Below, piece by piece: positions 39,175 to 50,300 of a DNA stretch of 64,000 nucleotides. Numbering within the stretch: position 1 is the first letter of the stretch; each line of letters begins with the position of its first letter. The notes under the pieces were generated by a model. The model was not told the DNA's origin. It was given only the letters and a program-made list of their open reading frames with translations, and did no database searches. The stretch lies in NCBI GenBank assembly GCA_964621225.1, contig CAZULK010000001.1, forward strand, positions 3,888-67,887. Reading direction: 5' to 3'. The DNA comes from an uncultured Melioribacteraceae bacterium. Its GTDB lineage: Bacteria; Bacteroidota; Ignavibacteria; Ignavibacteriales; Melioribacteraceae. Made by a program: the position numbers and the translations under genes.

Positions 39175-39202
39175 AAAAAAGCCCCTTTCGAGGGGCTTTT
39201 TT
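39175..39202 (+). terminator. Rho-independent terminator after nrdJ
   Basis: AAAAAAGCCCCT-TTCG-AGGGGCTTTTTT: 6-bp GC stem, tetraloop, T6. A-tract upstream makes it potentially bidirectional. Confidence 0.88.
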
Positions 39203-39301
39203 GTCCCTTCTTTCGCTCCTCACACTCTGATTATTTAAACCTTAATTTCATTGACTTTTCGGAGCAAAAACAATACATTCGTGACCTTAATTTGTTTGGA
39301 G

Positions 39302-39988
39302 ATGATAGCCGAAAGATTAAAAATATTGCAGGAAAGAATTTCCGAAAAAGCTCTCTCGTGCGGACGGACGCCCGGGGAAATAACTCTTATTGGCGTGTCG
39401 AAATATCAACCGTTGGAAGCTATAAAAGAAGCTTACGAAGCGGGATTGAGAAACTTCGGGGAAAATAAAGCTCAAGAATTGAGAGATAAATCTGCTGAAT
39501 TTACCGGCGAATTCAATTGGCATTTTATCGGACATCTTCAGACAAATAAAGTGAAATATGTTATTGAACCGGCAGAATATATACATTCGGTGGAATCAAT
39601 AAAATTGGCTTCGGAAATTCAGAAGCGTGCAGAACAGATAGGGAAAGTGCAGAAAATATTTTTGGAAATAAAAACCTCCGGAGAAGCAACAAAGTTTGGT
39701 TTGCAAAACAAAGATGAAATTTTTGAAACTGCCGAATTTTGCAGGGAGCAACCGAATTTAAAATTGGACGGATTGATGACAATGGCTCCATATACGGATG
39801 ACGAAGAAGAAATCAGAAAAAGTTTTACTTCGTTGAGGAACTTGAAAGATGAATTAAATTCAAGCGGATTTTCGTTAAACCATTTATCTATGGGAATGAG
39901 CGGCGATTGGGAATTGGCAGTGGAAGAAGGGGCTACAATGTTAAGAATCGGCACAGCAATTTTTGGGTCTAGGTATTATGGAAATTAA
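39302..39988 (+). CDS. yggS: YggS/YlmE-family pyridoxal-phosphate homeostasis protein
   Basis: LIGVSKYQP (PLP Lys), FGENKAQEL, HFIGHLQTNK, LSMGMSGD. ATG 39302 preferred over TTG 39251 on length grounds. Confidence 0.9.
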   Translation: MIAERLKILQERISEKALSCGRTPGEITLIGVSKYQPLEAIKEAYEAGLRNFGENKAQELRDKSAEFTGEFNWHFIGHLQTNKVKYVIEPAEYIHSVESIKLASEIQKRAEQIGKVQKIFLEIKTSGEATKFGLQNKDEIFETAEFCREQPNLKLDGLMTMAPYTDDEEEIRKSFTSLRNLKDELNSSGFSLNHLSMGMSGDWELAVEEGATMLRIGTAIFGSRYYGN

Positions 39989-40511
39989 ACCGTTAAATAT
40001 AAAGCAGCAGGAATTCAATAAAGCTCCTCTCGGATACAATAAAGCCGAGGTGAAAAACTATCTCGAGCAGTTATCCCGTGAATTTGAGCTGTTGCATGAA
40101 AGAATAGAACTGTTGACGGAAAAAAATACCGATTTGGAAAAACAGATAAACGACTATAAAAAGATTGAAAAGAATTTACAAAATACATTATTGAATGCAC
40201 AAGAGTCTACTAATAAAACGGTTGAATCGGTCAAAAAGCAATCAGCGTTAATATTGAAAGAAGCCGAATTAAAGGCCAAATTGATTGTGGAGAAAGCAAA
40301 AGAAGAGGCCGAAATAATTAAAGAATCTGTTGCAAACCTCAAGGAGGAGAGAAGTTATTATCTTTCCCGACTCGAGGCGATGATTGAAAGTCAAGAATCG
40401 ATTCTTAAGTTACTTAACGGAAATAAAGAGACGGTTAAACCGGATCAACAGAGTAGACTGAGAGCAACAAAAGAGATAGATGCAGATGAAATATTGGAGA
40501 AATTGTTATGA
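39978..40511 (+). CDS. divIVA: DivIVA-domain coiled-coil protein
   Basis: IKPLNIKQQEFNKAPLGYNKAEVKNYLEQL is the DivIVA N-terminal lipid-binding domain signature, followed by coiled coil. Sits next to yggS as in Gram-positive ylm clusters. Confidence 0.8.
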   Translation: MEIKPLNIKQQEFNKAPLGYNKAEVKNYLEQLSREFELLHERIELLTEKNTDLEKQINDYKKIEKNLQNTLLNAQESTNKTVESVKKQSALILKEAELKAKLIVEKAKEEAEIIKESVANLKEERSYYLSRLEAMIESQESILKLLNGNKETVKPDQQSRLRATKEIDADEILEKLL

Positions 40512-41329
40512 GCAAGTTGACTGAAAGAATTAATGAAACTTTGGAAGTTATTAAAAAAGTTACCGGTAAAACTTATCCTGTTGGGATTATACTTGGAACG
40601 GGTTTGGGAGGCTTGGTAGAAGAAATAGAAATCGAACATACAATCGATTATCAAGATTTACCTCATTTCCCATTATCTACAGTGGAAAGCCATAAGGGGA
40701 AATTAATTTTCGGTAAACTAGGTGGGAAAGATGTGGTTGCCATGCAGGGGAGATTCCATTATTACGAAGGATATTCCATGCAGCAAATCACTTACCCTGT
40801 AAGAGTGATGAAGTTCCTTGGAGTTGAAACTCTGCTTGTTTCTAATGCTTGTGGAGGTATGAATCCTCAATTTTCGCAAGGGGATATTATGCTTATTACC
40901 GATCATATTAATCTTTTGGGCGATAATCCGTTAATTGGTCCAAACGAAGATGAACTTGGTCCCCGTTTCCCGGATATGAGCGAACCGTATAGCACCGAAC
41001 TTATTAAACTTGCCGAACAAATTGCTCTGGACAATAAAATTAAAGTACAGAAGGGAGTATACGTTGCAGTTCCCGGACCGAATTTGGAAACAAGAGCTGA
41101 ATACAGATTTCTGCGCACAATAGGAGCAGACGTAGTAGGAATGTCGACGATACCCGAGAATATTGTTGCAAATCACATGGGTATGAAGGTACTGGGAATA
41201 AGCATTGTAACCGATGAATGTTTCCCCGATTCTCTTAAACCCGTAAATGTGGAAGAAATAATTGCCACGGCTATGAACGCCGAACCGAAAATGACATTAA
41301 TAATGAAGAAAGTTGTTGAGCAGCTTTGA
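40508..41329 (+). CDS. Purine nucleoside phosphorylase (trimeric PNP/PunA type)
   Basis: GIILGTGLG, HKGKLIFG, MQGRFHYYEGY, VSNACGGMN, VGMSTIPE motifs, 273 aa. Confidence 0.92.
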   Translation: MSKLTERINETLEVIKKVTGKTYPVGIILGTGLGGLVEEIEIEHTIDYQDLPHFPLSTVESHKGKLIFGKLGGKDVVAMQGRFHYYEGYSMQQITYPVRVMKFLGVETLLVSNACGGMNPQFSQGDIMLITDHINLLGDNPLIGPNEDELGPRFPDMSEPYSTELIKLAEQIALDNKIKVQKGVYVAVPGPNLETRAEYRFLRTIGADVVGMSTIPENIVANHMGMKVLGISIVTDECFPDSLKPVNVEEIIATAMNAEPKMTLIMKKVVEQL

Positions 41330-41940
41330 AAGAGAATGTAAATAAAATATATTATGCACTTCCCGCATTATTGGCGGTGCTAATGTTTTCCTCAAATTTT
41401 TTGAGCACCGATTTATTCTCAGGGAATGTTATTAATTTTGCCGTTTGGTTCATTCTGTCTATTTTTGCGTTTTCGTTAGGATGGATTATTACAAACACCC
41501 TCGATTGGGACTTCGGGGGAAGAGTTGTTTTCGCGGTAATAATTGTTACTGCGGTAATAACAATGTTCTTTATAACGATATTTCAAGAGTATTTTAACAT
41601 CAACTCTGTGTTAACCGAAAATATTCTTTTGTACATTCTGAGAAATATTTACATAGGTCTTATGGGAGTATTCGGAATGGCGGTTTCCAAACTCATTGAA
41701 CTGCAAAGAATAACAAATTCATACGAAACCGTCAATGCTACAAAGGATGAGATAATTGAAAACGCAAAGGAGAAGGCTAATCTGATTATCGCACAGGCAA
41801 AGGTTGATGCGGCAAAGATTACTCTGGATGCTGAGAACAAAATTAAAAACTTGGAAGAAACTCAAGTTAAAATGGAAACCAAGTTGAATGAATTTATCAA
41901 ATTGGAAAAAGAATTATTGAACAGATATAAAAACGAATAA
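41326..41940 (+). CDS. Membrane protein with C-terminal coiled coil, function unknown
   Basis: Four hydrophobic helices, then IIENAKEKANLIIAQAKVDAAKITLDAENKIKNLEE (ATP-synthase-b/DivIVA-like coiled coil). TTG start overlapping the PNP stop. Confidence 0.5.
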   Translation: MKENVNKIYYALPALLAVLMFSSNFLSTDLFSGNVINFAVWFILSIFAFSLGWIITNTLDWDFGGRVVFAVIIVTAVITMFFITIFQEYFNINSVLTENILLYILRNIYIGLMGVFGMAVSKLIELQRITNSYETVNATKDEIIENAKEKANLIIAQAKVDAAKITLDAENKIKNLEETQVKMETKLNEFIKLEKELLNRYKNE

Positions 41941-41972
41941 TGTGTTGTTAATATAAATCAGGTGTGGATTAA

Positions 41973-44900
41973 ATGTTTAAGCAATATTCAGATAAGGTAA
42001 ATTACCCCGAAATAGAGAAAGAAGTTCTTGAATTTTGGAAGAAGAATCAAATTTTCGAAAAAAGTGTTTCTACAAGGGACGAATCGAAACCATTCACTTT
42101 TTATGAAGGTCCTCCGACTGCCAACGGTAAACCCGGTATACATCATGTAATGGCAAGGACATTAAAAGATCTCGTTTGTAGATATAAAACATTAAAAGGG
42201 TATCAAGTTCACAGAAAAGCCGGTTGGGACACACACGGTTTGCCTGTGGAAATTGAAGTAGAAAAACAATTAGGAATTAAAAATAAAAGTGAAATCCCAG
42301 AATTCGGTGTAGATAAATTCAATAAAGCTTGCCGCGATTCGGTATTCACATATCTTGATGTTTGGGAAAAAATGACCGAACGTATGGGATATTGGATTAA
42401 CCTGGATGATGCTTATATTACATGTCATAATAATTATATCGAATCGGTTTGGTGGGCGCTGAAAACACTATTCGATAAAGGATTAATTTTCAAAGATTAT
42501 AAAGTTGTTCCTCAATGCCCACGTTCGGAAACTCCTCTTTCTTCACACGAATTGGCTTTGGGATACAAAGAAACAAAAGACCCCTCTGTTTATGTAGTGA
42601 TGAAATTAAAAGAGTCTGAACTTACAAAAGACGGAGAAACTTATTTCCTGGTTTGGACAACAACTCCATGGACTCTTATTTCAAACGTTGCTCTTGCTGT
42701 TGGGGAGGATATAGATTACGTCAAAATTAAAACAGAAGGCGTTTATTTAATATTAGCAAAAGAAAGACTCGAAGTTATTCGTGAAGACTACGAAATAGTT
42801 GAAGAATTCAAAGGTAAAGACCTTCTCGGTCAAGAGTATGAGCAATTATTCGATTACCTCTCCGTTGACAAACATGCATTTTATGTTGTATCTGCAGATT
42901 TTGTAAGTACAGAGGACGGTTCGGGAATAGTACATATTGCTCCTGCATTTGGTGCGGATGACTACGAAGTTTCCAAGAAACATGATCTCCCGTTCCTGCA
43001 ACCTGTTAAGAGAAACGGAACATTTACAGAGGATGTTCCAGATTTTGCCGGACAATTTGTTAAAGATGCAGATGCCGGTATAATTCAAAAATTAAAGAGT
43101 GAAGGGAAATTATATAAAAAGGAAACAATCACTCACTCTTATCCATTCAGCTGGAGATTCGATGATGTCCCGGTAATCTATTATGCAAGGGAATCCTGGT
43201 TTATAAAAACAACTTCCATTGCCGACAGAATGATCGAATTGAATAAAACAATTAATTGGTATCCTCCGGAAGTTGGAGCAGGTCGATTCGGAAATTGGTT
43301 GGAAGATAATAAGGATTGGGCTCTTTCAAGGGATAGATTTTGGGCAACACCACTTCCTATTTGGGTAAGTCCATCGGGTAAGATGTTTGCCGTAGGTTCC
43401 ATAGAGGAATTGAAAGAAGGTTTCGTTGAAAGAGACGGAAAACGAATTAAAGTTGCAGATCTTCCGGAAGAAGAAATAGATTTGCACAAACCTTTTGTTG
43501 ACGATGTGAAATTCGAAAAGGACGGTGAAATTTACGAAAGAACACCAGAGCTGATTGATGTTTGGTTCGATTCCGGTTCCATGCCATTTGCTCAATTTCA
43601 CTATCCTTTCGAAAACAAAGAATTATTCGAAAATAGCTTCCCGTCTGATTTTATATGTGAAGGAATTGATCAAACGAGAGGTTGGTTCTACACACTCCAT
43701 GCGATTGCAACTATGCTATTCGATAATGTAGCATATAAAAATCTTATAGTTAATGAATTGATTTTGGATAAGAATGGATTGAAGATGTCCAAATCAAAGG
43801 GCAACACAGTTGATCCGTTCGAACTATTCGATAAATACGGTGCAGATGCGACAAGGTGGTATTTAGTAACGGTTAGTCCTCCTTGGAGACCGACATTATT
43901 CGACGAAGAAGGTGTGCTTGAAGTTCAGAGGAAATTCTTCGGTACATTGGTTAATACCTATTCTTTCTTCGCTTTGTATGCCAACATTGATAAATTCGAT
44001 TACAGCGAAGATGAAATTCCTATTGAGAACAGACCTGAGATAGATAGATGGATTCTATCCAAACTCTATTCTACAGTTAAGGAATATGAAGAACTGATGG
44101 ATAATTACGATGTTACCAAAGCTGCAAGATTGGTGGCATCCTTTACAATAGATCAATTGAGTAACTGGTATGTAAGAAGAAGCAGAAGAAGATTTTGGAA
44201 GTCCGAAATAAACGAAAACAAATTATCTGCTTATCAAACTCTTTATGAATGTTTGATGACAATAAGTAAATTGGCTTCGCCGTTTGCACCTTTTATAACC
44301 GAGGAAATATTCAATAATTTAAATTCGGTTACAAAGAAAGAATCAGCAGAATCTGTTCATCTTGTTGAATTCCCATCGATAAAATATATTGATGAGGAAC
44401 TCGAAGAGAAGATGGATATTGCCCAAAAGGTTGTTTATTTGACACGATCGATGCGCGCAAAAAATAATTTGAAAGTTCGTCAACCGCTTCAAAAGATAAT
44501 GGTTGCCGTTGATGCAGCAAAGACCAATGCTTTAGAGAATATGAAAGATGTAATTCTCGAAGAAGTGAATATCAAAGAACTTGTTGTTCTGGATGATGAT
44601 TCCGGAATTGTAAATAAATCCGCGAAAGCGAATTTTAAAGTTCTTGGTCCCAGATACGGTAAAATGATGAAGCAATTAGCTGCAGCGATCACTACTTTGA
44701 CCAATGATCAAATAAATGAATTGGAAAAATCCGGCAACTTGGAATTGGAAGTTGAAGGTCAAAAAGTTAATTTAACTCCGGAAGATGTTATAATTCAAAC
44801 TTCCGAAATTGAAGGCTGGGTTGTAGAATCGGAAGAAGGGATTACAATTGCAATCGATACCGAATTATCCGAAGATTTGATTGCAGAAGGATATTCCCGC

Positions 44901-45140
44901 GAATTCATTAACAGAATACAGAATATGAGAAAAGATTCCGGATTGGACGTTATGGACAGAATCATAATTAATTATAAAACGGATCCGGAAGCAACTAAAT
45001 TTATTAGTAAGTTCACCGATTATATTGCTAAAGAAACCTTAGCCGATAAAGTTAATGCAGATTCGGCGGAGGGAGCATATACACAAAAGTGGAAAATTGG
45101 TGATTACGAATTTGAAATTGGAATTGAAAAGAACAACTAA
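41973..45140 (+). CDS. ileS: Isoleucyl-tRNA synthetase (type 2, long C-terminus)
   Basis: PPTANGKPGIHHVMAR (HIGH), KMSKSKGN (KMSKS), editing domain WTTTPWTL, 1055 aa. Confidence 0.97.
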   Translation: MFKQYSDKVNYPEIEKEVLEFWKKNQIFEKSVSTRDESKPFTFYEGPPTANGKPGIHHVMARTLKDLVCRYKTLKGYQVHRKAGWDTHGLPVEIEVEKQLGIKNKSEIPEFGVDKFNKACRDSVFTYLDVWEKMTERMGYWINLDDAYITCHNNYIESVWWALKTLFDKGLIFKDYKVVPQCPRSETPLSSHELALGYKETKDPSVYVVMKLKESELTKDGETYFLVWTTTPWTLISNVALAVGEDIDYVKIKTEGVYLILAKERLEVIREDYEIVEEFKGKDLLGQEYEQLFDYLSVDKHAFYVVSADFVSTEDGSGIVHIAPAFGADDYEVSKKHDLPFLQPVKRNGTFTEDVPDFAGQFVKDADAGIIQKLKSEGKLYKKETITHSYPFSWRFDDVPVIYYARESWFIKTTSIADRMIELNKTINWYPPEVGAGRFGNWLEDNKDWALSRDRFWATPLPIWVSPSGKMFAVGSIEELKEGFVERDGKRIKVADLPEEEIDLHKPFVDDVKFEKDGEIYERTPELIDVWFDSGSMPFAQFHYPFENKELFENSFPSDFICEGIDQTRGWFYTLHAIATMLFDNVAYKNLIVNELILDKNGLKMSKSKGNTVDPFELFDKYGADATRWYLVTVSPPWRPTLFDEEGVLEVQRKFFGTLVNTYSFFALYANIDKFDYSEDEIPIENRPEIDRWILSKLYSTVKEYEELMDNYDVTKAARLVASFTIDQLSNWYVRRSRRRFWKSEINENKLSAYQTLYECLMTISKLASPFAPFITEEIFNNLNSVTKKESAESVHLVEFPSIKYIDEELEEKMDIAQKVVYLTRSMRAKNNLKVRQPLQKIMVAVDAAKTNALENMKDVILEEVNIKELVVLDDDSGIVNKSAKANFKVLGPRYGKMMKQLAAAITTLTNDQINELEKSGNLELEVEGQKVNLTPEDVIIQTSEIEGWVVESEEGITIAIDTELSEDLIAEGYSREFINRIQNMRKDSGLDVMDRIIINYKTDPEATKFISKFTDYIAKETLADKVNADSAEGAYTQKWKIGDYEFEIGIEKNN

Positions 45141-45165
45141 ATTGATTGCAACTAGGAGGAAATAA

Positions 45166-45765
45166 ATGGCAAAGAGAACCACAAAAAAAGACAGCACGGA
45201 GAAAAAGACTGCTGCCAAAAAAACTACCGCTAAATCCACATCTAAAAAAACGGTAGCTTCCAAGGCAAAGTCATCTTCTACCAAGACTACAAAATCCCGT
45301 GCTGCGCGTAAGGTTGAGGTTGTGAGCAAACCGAAACCTAAAAAGAAAGCTCCTAAAGGATACTCAAAGACGGAATTGAAGGAGTTCAAAGAAATTATTC
45401 TCAAAAAAAGAGAAGAAATATTAGAAACGCTCAATAATCTTAAAGAGCAGATGATGGATACATCCACCGGACAATATGTCAACGAGAATTCCCCTTATTC
45501 ATTGCATATGGCAGAGCAGGGGACTGATGCTATGGAGAGGGAAAAACTCTATCTTTGGGCTCAAAGAGAGAACAAATTCCTTGGATATTTAGAAGATGCT
45601 CTTGGAAGAATTGAAGCAGGCACATACGGACTTTGTATTGAATGTATTGACGAACCTCAAGGTTTGTGTCCCACATGTCCGTTGATTCCTAAAGAAAGAT
45701 TGTTGGCTGTACCGCACACACAGCATTGTTTACAAGTTAAACAAAAAATGCAAAATAACAGATAG
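45166..45765 (+). CDS. DksA/TraR-family C4 zinc-finger protein with ~65-aa lysine-rich histone-H1-like N-terminal tail
   Basis: Residues 1-65 are K/T/S/A low complexity (KKTAAKKTTAKSTSKKTVASKAKSSSTKTTK...KPKPKKKAPKG), followed by coiled coil and CIEC-x10-CPTCP zinc finger. Position between ileS and lspA is typical of the FCB group. Confidence 0.75.
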   Translation: MAKRTTKKDSTEKKTAAKKTTAKSTSKKTVASKAKSSSTKTTKSRAARKVEVVSKPKPKKKAPKGYSKTELKEFKEIILKKREEILETLNNLKEQMMDTSTGQYVNENSPYSLHMAEQGTDAMEREKLYLWAQRENKFLGYLEDALGRIEAGTYGLCIECIDEPQGLCPTCPLIPKERLLAVPHTQHCLQVKQKMQNNR

Positions 45766-45773
45766 GTCATTGA

Positions 45774-46412
45774 TTGAGAGTTCTCTATTTTTCTGCCTTC
45801 ATGGTGGTAGTAGACCAATTAACAAAATTATTTGTTAAAGGTTTTTCTTTGCCTTTCCTCGGTATAAAAGTGGAAGGAATGTATTATGGCGAAAGCATCA
45901 AAGTATTAGGAGATTTTTTCAAAATAACTTTTGTTGAAAATCCCGGTATGGCTTTCGGAATAGATATCAATTCATATACGAAACTATTCCTTTCACTCTT
46001 TTCTCTTGTTGCTGCAATCGGATTGATTTATTATCTCTACAAACACAGAGACGGTAGTTTAACTTTCAGGCTTTCCCTTGCATTAATTATTTCGGGTGCA
46101 ATAGGTAATTTTATCGACAGAGCATTCTACGGAATATTTTATGGCTATGCTCCGTTGTTTTATGGTAAAGTTGTAGATTTTTTCAATGTAGACTTTTTCG
46201 ATTTTTCCATCTTCGGTAAAACCTACGACCGGTTCCCGATATTCAATGTTGCCGATTCTGCGGTGACGGTGGGAGTTGCAATGTTGATCATTTATTTCAA
46301 TATTGCGGAAAGGAAAAGAAAAAAAGAAGAGGAAAGCATAGACGTTGCTTCCCATTCGGATGAGGTTGATATAGATGGCCAAGATAATAACAGAGAAGCA
46401 CCAGCAAATTGA
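45774..46412 (+). CDS. lspA: Lipoprotein signal peptidase (signal peptidase II)
   Basis: NPGMAFG, GAIGNFIDR, FNVADSAV catalytic Asp motifs. TTG start. Confidence 0.9.
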   Translation: MRVLYFSAFMVVVDQLTKLFVKGFSLPFLGIKVEGMYYGESIKVLGDFFKITFVENPGMAFGIDINSYTKLFLSLFSLVAAIGLIYYLYKHRDGSLTFRLSLALIISGAIGNFIDRAFYGIFYGYAPLFYGKVVDFFNVDFFDFSIFGKTYDRFPIFNVADSAVTVGVAMLIIYFNIAERKRKKEEESIDVASHSDEVDIDGQDNNREAPAN

Positions 46413-47355
46413 AATACCGGAAGGGAAGAAGAAAGAACGCCTAGACATATTTCTAAGTAACTCCATCGAAAACGCAACACGCTCCAAAGTTCAAAAATTA
46501 ATTAAAGCCGGGCTTGTTCTGGTAAACGGTAAAACCGTCAAACCAAATTATATCATTAATCCATTGGACAAAATTGATGTAACAATTCCGGTTACTCCCC
46601 GTCCCGAAGATGCAGAGCCTGAGGACATACCTTTGGAAATAGTTTACGAAGATGACTATTTAATGGTAGTAAACAAACCTGCCGGAATGGTTGTGCATCC
46701 TGCGCTTGGAAACTTTACCGGTACATTAGTGAATGCTCTTTTGCATCATACACAAAAACTGAGCGAGGTAAATGAACCGGGAAGACCGGGAATCGTGCAC
46801 AGATTGGATAAAGATACCAGCGGATTATTGCTTATTGCTAAAGATGATTGGACGCATTCGCAATTGGCAAAACAATTCGAAAAAAGAACCACAGAAAGGG
46901 AATACTGGACTATTTGCTGGGGATTGTTGAAAGAAAAGAAAGGGGAGATTATTGGAAATATTGCCCGGAGTAAATCAGATAGAAAGAAATTTGCCGTTTC
47001 GGAAAATGAAGGTAAACACGCTCACACAACCTATGAAGTATTGGAAGAATTTGAATTTGCTTCACTCATCAAAGTTAAACTGAAAACGGGAAGAACCCAT
47101 CAAATAAGAGTCCACTTTTCGCATATTAATCATCCGATTTTTGGAGATGCGGTTTATGGCGGAAGAAAAATTGTATACGGGTTGAATTTGCCGAAGATGA
47201 AACAGAGAGTGAATAACCTGCTCGAGATTATGCCTCGTCAGGCCCTGCATGCAAAAACAATAGGATTTTACCACCCCAATAAAAAAGAATTCATGAAATT
47301 CGATTCCGAACTGCCGGAAGACATGCAAAAGCTAATTCAATTATTGAAACAGTAG
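46375..47355 (+). CDS. rluD: RluA-family 23S rRNA pseudouridine synthase with S4 domain (RluD-like)
   Basis: S4 segment RLDIFLSN...SRSKVQKLIKAGLVLVNG, catalytic HRLDKDTSGLLL, GRTHQIRVH. Confidence 0.9.
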   Translation: MAKIITEKHQQIEIPEGKKKERLDIFLSNSIENATRSKVQKLIKAGLVLVNGKTVKPNYIINPLDKIDVTIPVTPRPEDAEPEDIPLEIVYEDDYLMVVNKPAGMVVHPALGNFTGTLVNALLHHTQKLSEVNEPGRPGIVHRLDKDTSGLLLIAKDDWTHSQLAKQFEKRTTEREYWTICWGLLKEKKGEIIGNIARSKSDRKKFAVSENEGKHAHTTYEVLEEFEFASLIKVKLKTGRTHQIRVHFSHINHPIFGDAVYGGRKIVYGLNLPKMKQRVNNLLEIMPRQALHAKTIGFYHPNKKEFMKFDSELPEDMQKLIQLLKQ

Positions 47356-47393
47356 CCTTACAATAAATTGTAACAATAGTAAATGTTAATCAA

Positions 47394-50300
47394 CTATTTT
47401 TCTGACTTACCCTTTGTAACTTCCGGTTGCAAAAGTATCGATTTGAGTTTATTAAATTGATAACCGCAATTGGCAGAGAGTGATTTCAATTCTTCAATAA
47501 ATCCAAACCGGAATTTTAATTTTGAAACGATAATTTCTCTTTCTTCGGGATAAATAAAGAAATCTCCCGCATCGTTATTTTGTTGGCCTTCAAGGGCGCG
47601 ACAAACGTCTTTTACAATCGAGAAGGTGAATAACCAGTCTAACAACTCTTCGAAATTTTCTTTGCTGTAATAAACAATCGAATTGTGCTTATTAACGTTT
47701 ATATATTCTGCCACATGTTCATTTTCCAATAGCGTTGCGAACTTCTTTTTGATTTCGTTTAGCAAGCCGGATTTAAATTCAGAACTGGTTTCACTATCGG
47801 ATATTTCTTCCAGCGGAAAGCTTATATTTAACATTATCTTCAATAGATGGGAATCGTAAAATACTCCTCTTTCGCCCCTTCCAAGTTTATTCAGAATTTG
47901 AACCGTTACTTTGTCCAATTCAAGTTTTTCTTCGTTACCGGCGTAATTATTCCTAAGTAACTCGAGCAATTTAAATAGAACTAATATGAACGAGTTTTCG
48001 TGATATTTATTTTTTTCTGATATCACTATCGAATTGGGAATATCTCTGTATTTCAGTTGCTTATCAAATTTTTCTTCTTCTATTATCTGGTTAGTTAATC
48101 CCAAGGAAGCAATGAACAATTTTAATGTGTATGTTTCTTTTTCTTTTGCTTCCAGATTAAGCGAATCATGAATTTGACCGGTTAAATTTTTCAACTTGAT
48201 ATCAATCATCTTTAAGACATCGGAACCGGCAAGTTGGGAATTTTTAACTATCACAAAATTCCTCACAAGTTCGTCGAAAAACTTCTCTTCAAAGAAATTT
48301 TCTATTTTTTCGTGAACCGGAGTTAATTTGAACAATTCCAATTCCTTCTTCAACGATTGAATCGCAGAAGATTGAACTCTGTTTTTTATTGCTCTCAACT
48401 CGCCTGTGGAATCGTATAGTTCTTCGAAGCCGTAAAATACTTTATACTTAAATCCGTCTAACGTAAAATGAATTCCGTTTATGAATTCATCCCCCGCGAA
48501 TAGATATTCCTGGTGGGAAGTTAATTCTTTGGCTTTGTAGAAATAATTCGGATCGGGTTTTATACCCAGAGCCTCTGTGATATAAATTGTATGCAATGAT
48601 TTATCCGGATTACCTTTATTTATTTTAGGTGTTGATTTATGTATCCTTCCCGTAGCTCTTTCATATTTATTATTATAAAGAACAAGAACTTTTTCTTCGC
48701 CGAAAGAATTCGTAAATGCGAATACGTTTTCATTAATTGATCCGTTTTCATGAAAGTCGTAGAACCAAAAATTGTCTACTTCGCTGAATAAATATCTTTT
48801 CCCGAGGATCGGAAAAATTTCCCTATTATGTTTTTCAATTAACCAATTGTTCGGATATTCATCATAATATGCACGTTTGTATTCCATTCCATATTTTTCT
48901 GTATAGCCTTCTATTTGTCCGTGTGCAAACATCGGTAATCCGGGCAATGTGGACATTAAAACACAAACACCAAAATATTTATCGTCCATTCCGAATTGTT
49001 TTATAGCAGTTTCTTCATCGGGATTACTCATAAAATTGACATACCTTTTCAGTATATCGGGATCAAACTCCAGAGTATTTGTAATTAGATCACGATATTT
49101 ATCATTTTCTTCATTCATCATCATATGCATGAATGCACTGTTATATACTCTGTGCATGCCGAGTGTTCTAACGAAATAACCTTCCATCAACCAAAATGCT
49201 TCTGCCAGCAAAAGAGTTTCGGGCATAGTTTCATTTATCCTGTCTACAACTTCTCTCCAAAATTCTTTCGGGAAAAATTGATCGAATTCTTTTCGTGTCA
49301 TTGCATATTCACTTCTCGTCGGAATATCGCCACCGGTACCAGGTTGCGGATACCACAATCGTTGAAAATGCTTTTTGGCCAAAGTCATTGCTGCATCGAA
49401 CCTGATGATTGAAAATCGACGGGCAACTTCAAATATTTTTTGAATTACAGCTTCGCGAACTTCCTCTTTAAGCATGTTCAGCTGAGCTGTATCGTTCCAT
49501 GGCATATTCGTCCCGTCGTTGCCGTGATAAATATATTTTATTTCGCCGGTATTTTTATTTCTCCAACGGAATACTACTGCTGCATCACTCTTTGAGTAAT
49601 ATCCGTCTTCAATTTTTATTTCTATATTCGGGTCTTCGGAAAGGTCCTCTCCCTCGAATGAATAATTAGGGTAGGGAAGGTCGTCTCTTTGTATAAAATA
49701 TTCGGGATGATGAATCGTCCAATCGGAATAGATGCCGGTATGATTCGGTACCATATCGCTTGCAAGGCGTATTCCTCTTTCTTTGCATCTTGCATCAAGT
49801 ACTTTATACGCTTCTTCGCCTCCCAAATCGTGTGCAATCGTGTAATCATACAATGAATAAGCCGATGCAACCGCATCAATATTTCCCATTAGATGTTTTA
49901 TTTTTTTTGAAGCGCTGCTCCTTTCCCATATTCCAATCAACCAAATAGAATTAAAATTCCTTGATGCAATTAAATCAAGTTCTTCCTCCGGAATTTGATC
50001 CAGTCGTTTAATCTCTCTTCCATATTTTTTACTTAGTTGATCGAGCCATACGTAAGTGTTCTTTGCGAGTAAGACTACATTGGGCATCCAGTGAACGTCG
50101 GGTGTGAATTGTTCCGGTTCTTCATAATCACTTAAACTTTCCTCCACAAAATCAAAACCGGATTTACCCAGTGAAGCTGTGCCTAATTTTATGCCTTCTT
50201 TGTACTGGGGAACGAAGGTTGGACTTGCACCGTCGCCAAATCCTTGTAAAACAAATTCCTCTTTGAATAAGTCTTTGCCGGATAATATCCTGTTTACAAA

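Noticed and set aside
45039-45482. 147-aa minus-strand ORF antisense to the ileS end and the dksA-like gene
   Set aside because: It is a low-complexity mirror image of the lysine-rich (AAA/AAG) coding tract on the + strand. It has no RBS or plausible domain, and the + strand genes have clear motifs.
47358-47373. Small hairpin TTACAA-TAAA-TTGTAA between convergent rluD and the GH13-like gene as a terminator
   Set aside because: It is an A/T-only 6-bp stem with no flanking T-tract, too weak to call an intrinsic terminator.
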